Source: Paraphysomonas bandaiensis
Lineage: Eukaryota > Protista > Chrysophyceae
NCBI GenBank assembly: GCA_965644295.1
Contig: CBFFRP010000123.1
Span: forward strand, 434,001 to 498,000
Length of the DNA: 64,000 nt
Direction: 5' to 3'
The notes beneath the pieces were generated by a model. It was not told the origin of the DNA. It ran no database searches and saw only the letters and a list, made by a program, of their open reading frames with translations. A program made the position numbers and the translations under genes. Within the stretch, counting starts at the first letter, position 1. Every line of letters starts with the position of its first letter. Shown here one piece after another: positions 15,401 to 26,900 of the stretch.

Positions 15401-15759
15401 GGAGTTCTCTTGCGGAGACAGTAATTTCATCTCAAAAATCTTGTATTACTAATGATGCTAGCCATGAGCATAATTACATGGCCAGTGTTGATGGCCAGTG
15501 TTCCAAAGGTACACCAATGCTTATTGTGCCTCTTAGAGGGCCACGAAATGCTGTTATTGGAGTTGTAATTGCTGCTCGAAATTCGAACAGACAGTTTTCT
15601 ACCGATGATTCAGTTGCCGTTGAAATGGTAGCATCTTTCTGTGCAATATCTGTACATTGGAGCAATGGCCTGAAATATATACACGAAAAACTGTCGAAAA
15701 GTGTAAAGAAAATGGAAGAGCTCGAAAATTCTGTCAAACAAATGAAGAAAAGTGATTGA
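3412..15759 (+). CDS. Giant (~4,083 aa) multi-GAF-domain / coiled-coil protein, 3 exons
   Basis: Three ORFs join in frame via GT-AG introns 3837-3888 and 9343-9386 (GCTAAC branch-like site in the second). Clear C-terminal GAF (SLAETVI..MLIVPLRGPRNAVIGVVIAARN..FSTDD..VEMVASF), several similar xxPLxxxxxxxGV segments, and heptad-rich stretches. Confidence 0.75.
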
Positions 15760-15893
15760 AATTGCTGAGTATAACTTATTTTCAGTATGTATATGTAAAA
15801 TTTGCTTTCTAATTAAATATTGACTTTTCTTAGCTTCCTTTATATGACTTCTCATCTAAAGTTACCGAGACATCCGCTTTGCTATTCAAACGT

Positions 15894-16504
15894 TGTTGAA
15901 GCTTACCATAGCAGCGCTATATATAGACAACTGTAAAAGCTAAGGGGTACAAGTATTGACTAAGTGGATTGTAAATAATGATTAAAGTTTATAGATGTAA
16001 ATTGTACTAATTGTGTGGATATGCATGCATGTGATATCCATTAATTCAAAGTGCGCCATGCACATGTAGTAAGGAAACTACGGAAGCGAAGTTTTATACT
16101 TCAACTCTCCCCTAAAACTAAGCGTAAGCTTTTAATGATATAGAAATACGTATATATAGACAATACACAACAGCATCACAATGCACAAAGCATTTCAACC
16201 AAAGATAATTGACCTGAAATATCTAAATTCTTTCTTGCGAAGGGGTTTGGTCATAACATTCGCAACATATTGTTGGCTGAGAATCTATGTTATTCTAAAC
16301 AAGTTGTCGGATGAAATGATGACGAATTTCAATATGTTTAAACCGCTTGTGAAATACTGGGTTGACTGATAAATCGATAGTAGATGTGTTGTCTACGTTG
16401 ATATTCAGAGTATCTGGTTGAATCTGTTCAGCACGTGGACGCGGAATGGTCAACTCTGCATATACTGTGTTATGTGAAATGCTTTTCTTGGATGTATCTC
16501 CCAT
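15894..16504 (-). mobile_element. Ty1/copia LTR-retrotransposon 3' remnant (RNase H fragment, PPT, ~213-bp LTR)
   Basis: Copia RNase H motif VDNTSTIDLSVNPVFHKRFKHIEIRHHFIRQLV, then ANVMTKPL after a stop. Polypurine tract AGGGGAG at 16113-16107. LTR 16106-15894 has inverted ends AGTTGAAG...CTTCAACA and an internal TATATATA. Confidence 0.75.
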
Positions 16505-16876
16505 TGAATATAGAATAATACTCGGAATCCATTGTTAAATGGGCTAGAGGTTGTTGAAATTTAGAGAACCATGCAACGCATGGACCAGATAGGATAAATG
16601 CAGCGCCGGACTGGGACCGTCGAGGATCTACATCATAATTTGCCAATTAGCACCAGGAAAAGCTTGAAGGGTGGGTCGAGAGTTTGATAGGCGCCTATAG
16701 GTCAGCTGGAATTCCGCTGAGCCTTTCGAATACATTAGTATCTGTACCACAGCATTCCAGTGTTCTCTGCCGGGATCAGACAGAAAACATGCACAGCATC
16801 AAATAGCAAATGCGATAGCAGAAGGAATGCACTACCATAACATACACGGTGTGGTAGGGAATACTTTCTATGAAGA

Positions 16877-17286
16877 TTTTCGTGGTGTTCTGGGGAATAA
16901 GTATCGGAGATATTTCTCTGGGAAACTAACGTGAGCCGCATAATATATAGTCAGCCGATACTGTTCTGCCCTCTCATAGCCGAATGCTTGTGTGGTACAA
17001 GCGACACTAATAAGTGTCACTTGTGCAAACGTCTTTGGGCATTGACGAATAAACAGGCATCCGGGTATAGGGCCACCTCAAGGGCATCCGGAGTATTTGG
17101 ATGACTGCTGAAGTCAAGCATCCGGGCTGTTCACCTTAAGGACTCAAAAATCCTGAAGTCATCAGATGCCTGGTATATATATCAACATTCTGCTTGCTCA
17201 CTGCGTTTGCTTTGAGTGATAGAGCAAAAGTGGTTGCACCTTGTGGTGCATGCAGTGACGCTCAAGCAGCTTTCGTAGCGTTAAGC
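16877..17286 (+). mobile_element. Ribozyme-headed non-autonomous retroposon, copy A (5'-truncated within the ribozyme)
   Basis: Colinear with 18060-18432 and 63585-63197. Starts at TTTTCGTGGTG (L3) and ends with the family 3' end GCAGCTTTCGTAGCGTTAA. Confidence 0.8.
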
Positions 17287-18059
17287 AGCAGGATATCAGA
17301 GTTAAGCATTTCTACGATATATATCTTAAACGCCTTTTCTAATAAAATAGTATATTTAACCACGGACAATAATAAAAATACTATTTTGTCCGACGCTCAT
17401 AATTTTGAAACGAGGGCCAAAAGCTCGAGTTGTAAAAAAACAAGGGACGATACTTCTTATCCCTAGGTTAAATAAAATAGCTTGTTGTCCTCATTATATT
17501 GAAAACTTAATATTAGATTGTATAATAGCAATTAATAGCTAGTTTTCTGTGAAGGAAGAAATAGGAATCCCTGATTAACACCAAGAAAACAAATGTTTCA
17601 AATCAATCATGGTATGTATTTCGAATCTTAGGGAATAGCAATTACACACTAGATCAACTCAAAACAATAAACTCCAAATTTCTATATATAACAGCTACAA
17701 CAAATGACTCCTGCCACAGAATGATACAAAGGGGATAGCAACTGTGAGGTGTTGAAATTCGAACATAATTATGATGATGAATTTAAACAGTTGTAGTCAC
17801 ACGAGAGGCTTCTTACTTCCTTAATTTTAGTATTAAAATCACATTTATATATAACACGCTTAACCTCTGCTAATCTGATTGAATGATGTGTCTATGATAT
17901 GAGAAACACAATATCCTGATAAGCACAATGTGACCAATCCCTGAAACGACAGAGGATACCACTGCCCTTATAGCCACCTCTACAGAATCAGATATGGCAG
18001 TTAAAACTCTCCTGTCATATGCTTGAAGTTGATTCGAAGTTCAAGTTATGAAGATAATA

Positions 18060-18147
18060 CCCTCAACAAAGTCGGACTCGCACCTTTTCGTGGTGTTCTG
18101 GGGGATAAGTACCGGAGAGATTCTCTCTGGGAAACTAACGTGAGCCG
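18060..18147 (+). ncRNA. Candidate HDV-like (Pr77/L1Tc-type) self-cleaving ribozyme
   Basis: P1 CCCTCAAC / GTT(CT)GGGGG; P2 CGG(A)CTCGC / GTGAGCCG; P3 ACC/GGT with L3 TTTTCGT; P4 CCGGAGAG/CTCTCTGG with AGTA/GAA loop-E-like flanks; J4/2 CTAAC with putative catalytic C at 18135. Confidence 0.7.
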
Positions 18148-18432
18148 CATAATATAGTCAGCAGATACTGTTCTGCCCACTCATAGCCGAATGCTTGTGT
18201 GGTACAAGGGACACCAATAAGTGTCACTTGTGTCGACGTCTTTGGGCCCTGACGAATAAGCAGGCATCAGGGAATGGGCCCACCTCAAGGGCATCCGGGA
18301 CAGGACACCGGGGTATAGGGCTGCCTGCTGAAGTCAAGCATCCGGGATGTTCACCTGAAGAACTCAGAGCGGAAGTGGTCGCACCTTGGTGCTTGCGGCG
18401 ACGCACAAGCAGCTTCCGTAGCGTTAAATAGT
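18060..18432 (+). mobile_element. Ribozyme-headed non-autonomous retroposon, copy B (intact 5' end, internally deleted)
   Basis: First 88 nt identical to the reverse complement of 63498-63585. Ends GCAGCTTCCGTAGCGTTAAATAGTAG. Confidence 0.85.
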
Positions 18433-18785
18433 AGGATAAAGAAAGTGTTCTACTAGTTTGTTTAGCATTCATCTAGCTACTAAGTTGGTGCAGGTTCTTA
18501 ACGCCTATTGCTAATAATAAGACTTTCAATATAGAGGTGGCTTGCACTGACATATTTATGACTTTTTACAGCAGACGAAGGATGGAAGACGACTTGGAGT
18601 GTTTAATGATCTGCTTTCGAAAGTTGGCTCGTCACTGCGGTTTCTCTAGTATAGTGTACTCTAAATAATTTCACATACATATGACAGTGGACGTCCTCCG
18701 GAGTAACCACACATATTGACACTGAAGGACTACACACTTGTGGGGAGCTATCACACTTACTTTTAAAGACGCACAATCCTGACGA

Positions 18786-18875
18786 CAGCAGATGTCTGGT
18801 ATATCAACATTCTGCTTGCTCACTGCGTTTGCTTTGAGTGGTAGAGCAAAAGTGGTTGCACCTTGTGGTGCATGC
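18786..18875 (+). repeat. Fragment (copy C) of the same retroposon family
   Basis: CAGATGTCTGGTATATCAACATTCTGCTTGCTCACTGCGTTTGCTTTGAGTG..GCACCTTGTGGTGCATGC matches copy A 17164-17253. Confidence 0.8.
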
Positions 18876-19415
18876 GTTGATCAGAACATAGTGGTATTGA
18901 CGCTAAATTGTTGTCAGAAGTGTTTTGCAAGAACGAGTAGCATTCATTTTTCATTTCTTCTTTTTGTGTAATATGGATTATCAATACTGTCGGATGTTCA
19001 GCCATGTAAACCACCCGCACTTTATATGATAACAAAACAGACGTAGTATTTAATGCATCATAATTAGTTAAACTCGGAAAAGTAACTTCTATTTTGCACC
19101 GCATGAGTATAGCACCGCATTATAATATATTATCATCAATCATAAAAGCTGGTCGTAAAATTAGCTTACATCTTCTGCCTTTTGCGACCAGGAGATTCAC
19201 TATCACCAAATTCTACATCATTGGAGTTTATATCGGAACTTCGCTTTTTGTTTCTAGAATCACCGTGGTTTTCACCGTCAGCGCGTGAAGATGGTAGTTT
19301 TCTGTCACAAAAATCGACGCCAATTTCAACATCCATACATGTGGATTTATACCTACATAGACAAATGAAACAATACATTGACTGGAAGGATTACATACTC
19401 ATCGGGGGTGCACCG

Positions 19416-22400
19416 TCAGATGTCCAGTATAATAGGAGGCGTAACAGCCTCCACTCCTGGTTCATTTGCGATTTCCAACTGTAATTCAAGTGGAACACAT
19501 CCTTTCGTGCCAAGTGGACCAACACGCGCCTCAAGCAGGTCGCGCATACTAGAATGCATTTTCTTCTTATATTCCTCTCCTTGCATGGCCTTCAACAATT
19601 TCCATCGTCGAGTATAAGTCTGGTTGTTTTTTATATCCTGTGAGCGCATGATAGCCACAGTGGCTTTCTGATCAGTAAGGGTCAATGGGGCAACCTGCAG
19701 CAGAAGCTCTTCGTCTATTGTAGTGTCCACGGGAGGCTCACCGTAAATTTCAACCCCGGTTGTCTTTCCGTTTTCATCTTTCATTGTTACAAGCCAGGAT
19801 ATAATCTTCAAATTATGCTCGTCCCGTAGAAAGCTGATAGCTTGCTCTAAAGACAATGAGGAAGAGATGTGGAGACGGTCCCACTTAGTGTGAGGGTCAG
19901 GGTAAGCTTTCCATCTGTGAACTGGCACCTTATCCCAATCGATGTTTCCTGAGTCGTCAAACATTTCGGGGTTGCGAATGGGATCAGGAGTGTTCCTCTT
20001 CTCCCCGCTTCCTTTGATAACCGTAGCAGGTGTTGGTTCGGACATTTGAAAGGTGTTTACAGCAAAATTACAGGTGCTATCACGATGTTCAGCTACACTC
20101 TTGTCCTGTATCAGCTTCAGCAACTCCACTCCGACAAGAGCAGTCGCACAAGCCGTCGAGGTCGCAATGGCAGCAATAATTTTTCCAGCAATCATTTTTG
20201 TCTTATGGCGAGAGGCTCGAGGGATGCCGTAATTAGAGGCTCTCAAGTTCGAAGCTGCAGTGACGAAGTCGATGTGAAAATTAAGATCTAGATCCTTTTC
20301 AAAATCCGCAGGTTGTGCAACAAGGCCATCAGTACTTACAGATGCCAATTCATCAAGTGCAGAGAGAAGCTTCTCTGTCATTTCTTGCACAGATTCTTCA
20401 GCAGTTGAAGGAGATTCATCGTCCTGCTTTTCCTCCACCTCTATCTTCTTCGAGGAAGGTTTCCAAATAATCTCCTCAGTTGGAAGTGCCGCCTCCAACG
20501 CCGCTACGTCTCTCCAAGTTGAGTTCTCTGGGACGAACGTATCATAGTCCTGACCATTGGCATCAATACCATTGACTGGTAAAGGGTGAAGTCCAAATGC
20601 TACTGCCACTAGATTTGCCACGGATATCAAGAAAGATACAACGAATTCGTCTGACAAATCAAGTTCCATGACAGTTGGGTATCTCTTCGGGGGAGCCCAG
20701 AATGGCTTACCTTTGGTAACAAGATCTTTCGGAAACTGGTGTTGTAGGTCCTTCATTGAATGATTATACTTCGCGACGAATATTTCCTTCGCAATTTTAA
20801 CACATGCAGCGTAGCCTCCATCCTTCACGGCCCTCGCAGCACGCACAGAAGGAAGCAGTCCCATACCTTCTGCATCGCAGATCTTATCTAGCGCACGATG
20901 CAGCTGGTTGCTATCCATCATATATGACTCAGCATCCTCACGAATGTCTGCAATGTATTTGGCTGGAGCTTTAAGATACTCTTGTAAATCTGCGATAGGA
21001 GTCACAAAAAGGTCCTCAAAGAATCCCCTCGCCCACTCAATACAGTGGACGATAGTACTTGGGAAGTTACGTAGTGTGCACATTGGAATAGCCTCTCCCT
21101 CCGGTGCCTCAGCCTCTCCCTCGTCATAACTCACAGTTGCTCCAGGAATTACAACCATGGTGTTGAATTTCGTCCCTTCAGTACCGCTCTCAAGTAAAGG
21201 CTTTTTGTAGAACACGCAACGCGAGTCCACATACTTCCTCGCCTTCACATTGTCCAAGGCGTTTACCACAAAATCAAGACCACCCTGTGCCGATAAGTGT
21301 AGACCAGGCATGGGCTCTCCGGAGCTGTTGGCGCGACCCGACCCAATCCAAAAGTCATCATTAAAAGTATTCTCTGTCTCTCCCATAGCGAGGAGCTCGA
21401 GAGCGTCCACATTAATAGATGGGTTCATTTGTTTAACGGAGTCAGCGGCAGTCAACGATTTCGCTTTCTTGACATGCTGCTTTCGAAACAAGAACTGGCG
21501 GTTTAAATTAGAGACTTCAATTCGATCACCATCAGTAACAGTAATGAGGCCATCGGGACCGCATGCAACACCCATCATAGCGAAGTTTTTGAGCAATTCA
21601 CAGCCCAGGGCACCACAACCAACCATGAATGTCTTTACACCCAGCAGTTTATTCAGCACATCCTCACCAAATACGGATATTATATGGTCATATCTCGAGC
21701 CGCGCGGAGCAGTGATGGCTGGAGGGAGAGGGGTGCGAGGTAAAACTTCAATAAAATCAAAGTGAATCCATTGGTTGACAGGAGTATATTTTCCACAGTG
21801 CTTTACAACCTCCTGAGCGCACACGCCACCTATAAAAACCGCAACAGGTTGCAGTTCCGCTCCAGCAGCAAGAGCCAATCTCCGCATAGCTCCCAAACAC
21901 TTGTAGACATTAACATTAGCTTCTAGAGCTTTCATTCGGTCGTCATCAAAAAGAAGCATCATCGCATCATCTGCGCTCCAATTGCACTCCGCAAGAGCAA
22001 GTAACGCACGTTCCTCTGGGGTACCCATTGATGTTAGCATCTCCAACGCACCCTCTTTTTCCGCATTACCCTTTATTTCTTCCACACTCGGGGGTGCACG
22101 CGGCTCGAGATTGAGATCAAGTGGACAACTGAGAGCAGCACGCTCCCCACAGAACCCCTGGACAGACCGCATGGTTGAGTTGTATTCCTTACAGTAAGCG
22201 ACCACTCGTTCTGCCTCCTCAATATTATTTGGGTACGGAAAACGCCCTTCCATGCTCTGGAATCGGTACAAACCCTGCTTCAGTACATGCAACATCGGGT
22301 ACCACCACCCCAAGCCCTCCTTGTCCCCATCACACGACAGGAGGGTATTTGCATCACTTGCAATAGGCTGCTGCAGAGATTCCGCCAGAGAAACGTGATG

Positions 22401-23538
22401 GTGAGTGACAGGCTGGTAGGTTTGCTGAAGGATACCTCCTCCCTGGTAAGTAGAATATGCGGTGGTATCTCCAATACGAAGCTTGTAGTGCTCCTTCACA
22501 TCAGTCATACGTTGGAGCTTATTTCCGTCCTCATCACGAACAAAATCTTCACTTGGAATGTCCACACATTCATGCGTAAATTTGGCTTCCCAATACAATC
22601 CATCGGGACGGTCAGTATCTTTCTTGTACTCACCTGTCTTCGGATCTCTCACATGAACATAATATTGGTTCGATTTCATTACTCCATCCCCACCCCGGGA
22701 TTTATCCACTAATAGAAAGTCTGGGACACGCTTCCAAACTTCGTGAGCTCTCCACGCACCAGAGGTGTTAAGAGAATGTCCGTGAGAACGAATACCCTGC
22801 TCTTCTTTGCAGTACATTCCCTCGACTTCAGAAAATGTCACAAATCCCTCGTGTTCTGTGTCAGCAATGTCTGCCTGCTTGGCGAGCTCGGATTCAGTGG
22901 GATCAAGTAGTGTCACGATACCCTCCTTATCATTAGAAATGTGGGTAATAACTCTTTGAACAGGAGGTTCCCCGGTCTGGTCAGCCACAGTGAACTCTGG
23001 GCCAAAATCCGAGAATATATACCCCAATGCACCTGCAGCTGCTACAGCAATGAAACGAATGGGTGCAGAGCGCACAACTCTTTTCCCACGAGAGTCTCGT
23101 GCTTCCACAACATTTGCGCGACAGAAGGTGTTCCAGCGTATCAACTCTTCACGATTAGTAGTAGTCATCACTAGCACATCCGCAGAAGAAACTAATTCCT
23201 CCGTTAGCCCACCGGTATGCACCATCACCTTGACTAATGAGTTAAGCTCCTGCAGTTTCGATGCACAAGATGCGGCTCTGCTGTTACCCACATCCTCCTC
23301 ACACAGGAAAAAGTTGCATCCAAGATCCTTCATCTCCGTCGCACCATCATCACAGAGAACAACTGATCCTGGACCAGCGAGAATAAGATTCTTAGCCACT
23401 TCCACTCCTACGCCTTGTAGACCGACTATAATAACCCGCATATTGATAAGCTTTCCCATCGTTTCGATACCATATGCACCAATTTGACGAGAATACAGAT
23501 CCATAAACGCCGCATTCTTGGTGAGATCTGAGTCCATG
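19416..23538 (-). CDS. UBA1: Ubiquitin-activating enzyme E1 (UBA1-like) with inserted UBA-like domain; intronless
   Basis: YSRQIGAYG..., GLQGVGVEVAKNLILAG, ATP-binding GCGALGCE, SNLNRQFLFR, catalytic PMCTLRNFP, FEKDLDLNFHIDF, KMIAGKIIAAIATST. Start placed at MDSDLTKN (23538); the ORF track extends to 23615. Confidence 0.9.
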
Positions 23539-23917
23539 ATACGATCGAAGGATAAACCACTGGTGTTTATAAATGACTTATATATGAGGGTCCCTATACA
23601 ACAATAACGATCCAAACATAAAATGAAGTCCTCAGCTCACTTCTTGATTATTCTTTGCATGCACTTCCACTTCTTTTCACTTCCACTTCTTCGAATAAAA
23701 TTGATTTTTTCTCTACTTTACACACAATCTTTCCTATCGAATCTTGAATGGATATAATGTTTTCAGTTCTACAAATCTGAGGTTGGTGGGGTCAGATTTC
23801 GTGGCTCTAAACATTTGGAACAATAGAGCATTGGGAGATCGAAGAAATTCTTGTCCATCACAATTGGCGTGGCCTAACACTAACTCATTATAATTTTCCA
23901 CCTGAATCGGAGACATC

Positions 23918-26900
23918 ATGGACTCTGAATCTCTGAATAAGGAGAAAACTGAACAAGTTCACGCTGCTGCGGAGGGAGCTGAATGCGAGGAAACAGATGC
24001 CAACCAGGGAAAGCAGGCATACGTTATCGTCGTGGTGGTATCGCCATTGGGTGAACGTATTAATGTCGGGCCTGTTAGCTTGCTCGAGAATACAAATTAT
24101 TTAAAACAGGCTCTGTACGAGCTGTTTGAGACATCGTACTATACCAATTACGCACTGGAGTATCACCCCACCAATGGCTCCAAAGTTGTTCTCAACGACT
24201 TTGCTGAACTCAATGCATACATGAGCGAGGAGGCAGAGAAAACTGTAACGCTTCATATGATAATGCAAAATTACGACATGAAGTCAGCGCGAAGCCACGT
24301 AAAGCGGGCCCGTGAGGTACTCTCTTTCCCCCCGCAGACCAAAGGATCTAACTCTGGGTCTGAAGCCGTCAATGCTGATTCTGCAGTGTCTGAAAGTGTT
24401 CCTGAAACTGAAGAATCTTCTGAAAAGACTCCGGAGGAAGAGGAGAAGCATGCTGCAGAGCTCAGTGCTGTAATCGAAAAGATGGCTGCTTCTTTACCCA
24501 CTGACAAAGATATATTCGGTGGATCTGCTGTTTCCCTAGAGGACTACTATGAAGAGGTTCTGTACCGCGTAAGCAAGAGCGACACACCTGTGTTGTCGAA
24601 ATGTCCCGCAGATGCCATTCGTTGCATTACCTATAGCGGGTGGAACCCTGCTCCTGCTGCCCGCCGACTGCGAGGAGACCTCTTTTATCTGGAGGTTCAT
24701 TTTGCCAATCCCAGCACACCAGTGCTACATGTAACTGCCCAAACCGCGGGATTTTACGTCAATAGAAGTACGATGGCAGTCTTCGACCCCTCCCCTGCTC
24801 CTGCTGCAAATTTCTCGCATGAACTTTTGCACACACTCTTTGCCTCTTCTAATGCTCTCTGCAGAGGCTGGACGGATGCCTCAGATGATATCGACTCTCT
24901 CCGTGTCACGGCTGAGTCTAATTCAACCATTGACAAAATGATGACATCTCCCCCCAATGCATTAGAGAGTGTGGCAGCATTCTATGGACGTGGAAAAGGT
25001 GACACTGTGACACAGGTTCCTCAGTGGACTGTGCAGACTCCTGCGGATATGGTAGCCCTGTCTTCAAAAAAGACGTATAAGGGGGATATTCCGAACACGT
25101 ACGACATGAGTCGTGCTCAAGATGATCTAGCTGACTCCTTTGGAATGGAAGACAAAGGGGCTCCAAGGGAATGGTGAGATTAGTTCAGCCGCAGTAAATG
25201 ATCTGCTAACTGATGCGAACTGTAGGAACGAAGAAATTCAGTCTATTCGAGCCGTTAAAACCAGTAATATGTCGGAGTATCTGATGAAACAGCGATATGC
25301 GCATAGAGTAAGTTACGTTATGTACATTCCCTAGTAGTAATATGGAATAAACCGGTGTCATTATGTTTTGAAGCGCGTGTAATATATATCCGATATGTTG
25401 TAGATTATGCAGGAGTTCCAGGAGTCTTGTCGCGTAGGTACTGTGGCCATTAGTCAGGGCCATGTCACAGCTGTAAACCCAATGGACCCTGAGGAGTCAC
25501 AGGTTTTTGTATTCAACAACATCTTCTTCAGCCGCGCTGTGGATGTACGTGAAACATTCAAAGTGTGTGAAGGCAATGAGGCCTGCAGAAAGTCTGCTGG
25601 ACAGGACCTGAAGTGTCAGAAGTTAATTCAGGACTTAGGTTAGTCCTTTATCCCATGATCACCCTTTTAAACTATTTATATATAGGTGTAACGGGTTTAC
25701 ATACTGTTCTTACTGCTGTGATTGACTACAAGGGTCAAAGATGGTTGGGTCAGAGTGTCATTCCCGGAATATTGCAAACGGTGAGTAAATGCTATTTCTT
25801 GTGGTCGGTTTTCGGCCTGACAGGTGCAAATGGTTAGGGAGAGAGTGCAGCTCGGTTGATGTACGGTATTCTCGAAGATGGAACCAGACTTAAGGTACAA
25901 AGTTTACATGTAATGTATTTTTCTTTCCATTCGAACTTAATATTTCATTCATCGAGTATGATAAAAATGTCATATTGTGAGATGAGTGAAGTCGTTGTTC
26001 GATACAATAGAGACTGACAAAGACCAAAATAGTCTTGTTTGGTGCTAAAGCACTCAGTCTTTGTCTCTTAGTCTATAGCCCACATTCAACGAACTCATTG
26101 TGTGTGTGGTGGAAATGGAGACATACATGTTACTAATATTCTATTTGATACAGTGTAAAGCCGAGGGACTGGAAATAATGAAGGAGCTTGGGGAAAAGCT
26201 TGATTTGGCTGAGCGCACCGTTCCTGCTATTCCGGCTTCCATTCCTGGTTCCAAACTACCCAATAAAGAAGACCCAAACACTGCAATGTTGGGTTTTCTT
26301 GCAAGTGGCGATTCACAGGACAAAGTGATTCGGGTGGATGATAATGACGAAGTATATCCTCTGGACTCCCCGACTATTACGCATATTGGTCCTATCGAAG
26401 GAAAGCTGATTCGAGGCTCTGATGGTAGAGTATATGTTCTTGAGATGGCTCGCCTGACCCCCAGGGATGCAAACTATGTGAAGGTTTATATATTTGTTGG
26501 AATTTTGTTGCAGTAATGATAGTGCACTAGGGACCAAAAGGAACAGGCAACATTAAGGAATCTAGCTTGAATAAAGTAGACGATAACATTTGCATTGTGT
26601 ACACTCTTAGAGACGAGCTGATTCGCACATTCCGGCAGGTACTGTTTTGTTTTATATATTACTGTCCGTCACTATCGAGCAGGATAGCACTATGAAACTC
26701 CGCCAAGCCGAAATGGTTAAACTTCTGGAGAAAATCAATCTCGAAAAGAAAGAAGAAAAGGAATCTGATAATAAAGAATTAGAGAATGGCGATGGAAAAG
26801 AACAACCCGCTGCTGAAGAGACAACTGAAGTAAGTGCAGCCACAAGTGGGACAGACGAAGGTGCCAAAAAGAAAGCGGCTCTTGCAGATGCAGAGTCCAT

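Noticed and set aside
18245-18282. CTGACGA as a hammerhead ribozyme core
   Set aside because: No properly placed stem II plus GAAA and cleavage triplet, and copy A has TTGACGA.
18195-18472. Short ORFs in the repeat copies (also 59292-59640 and 63197-63505)
   Set aside because: They are translations of the non-coding retroposon; frames differ between copies and indels are not frame-preserving.
19166-19378. 70-aa ORF immediately downstream of UBA1
   Set aside because: No recognisable motif; probably 3'UTR, though an alternative terminal exon is not excluded.
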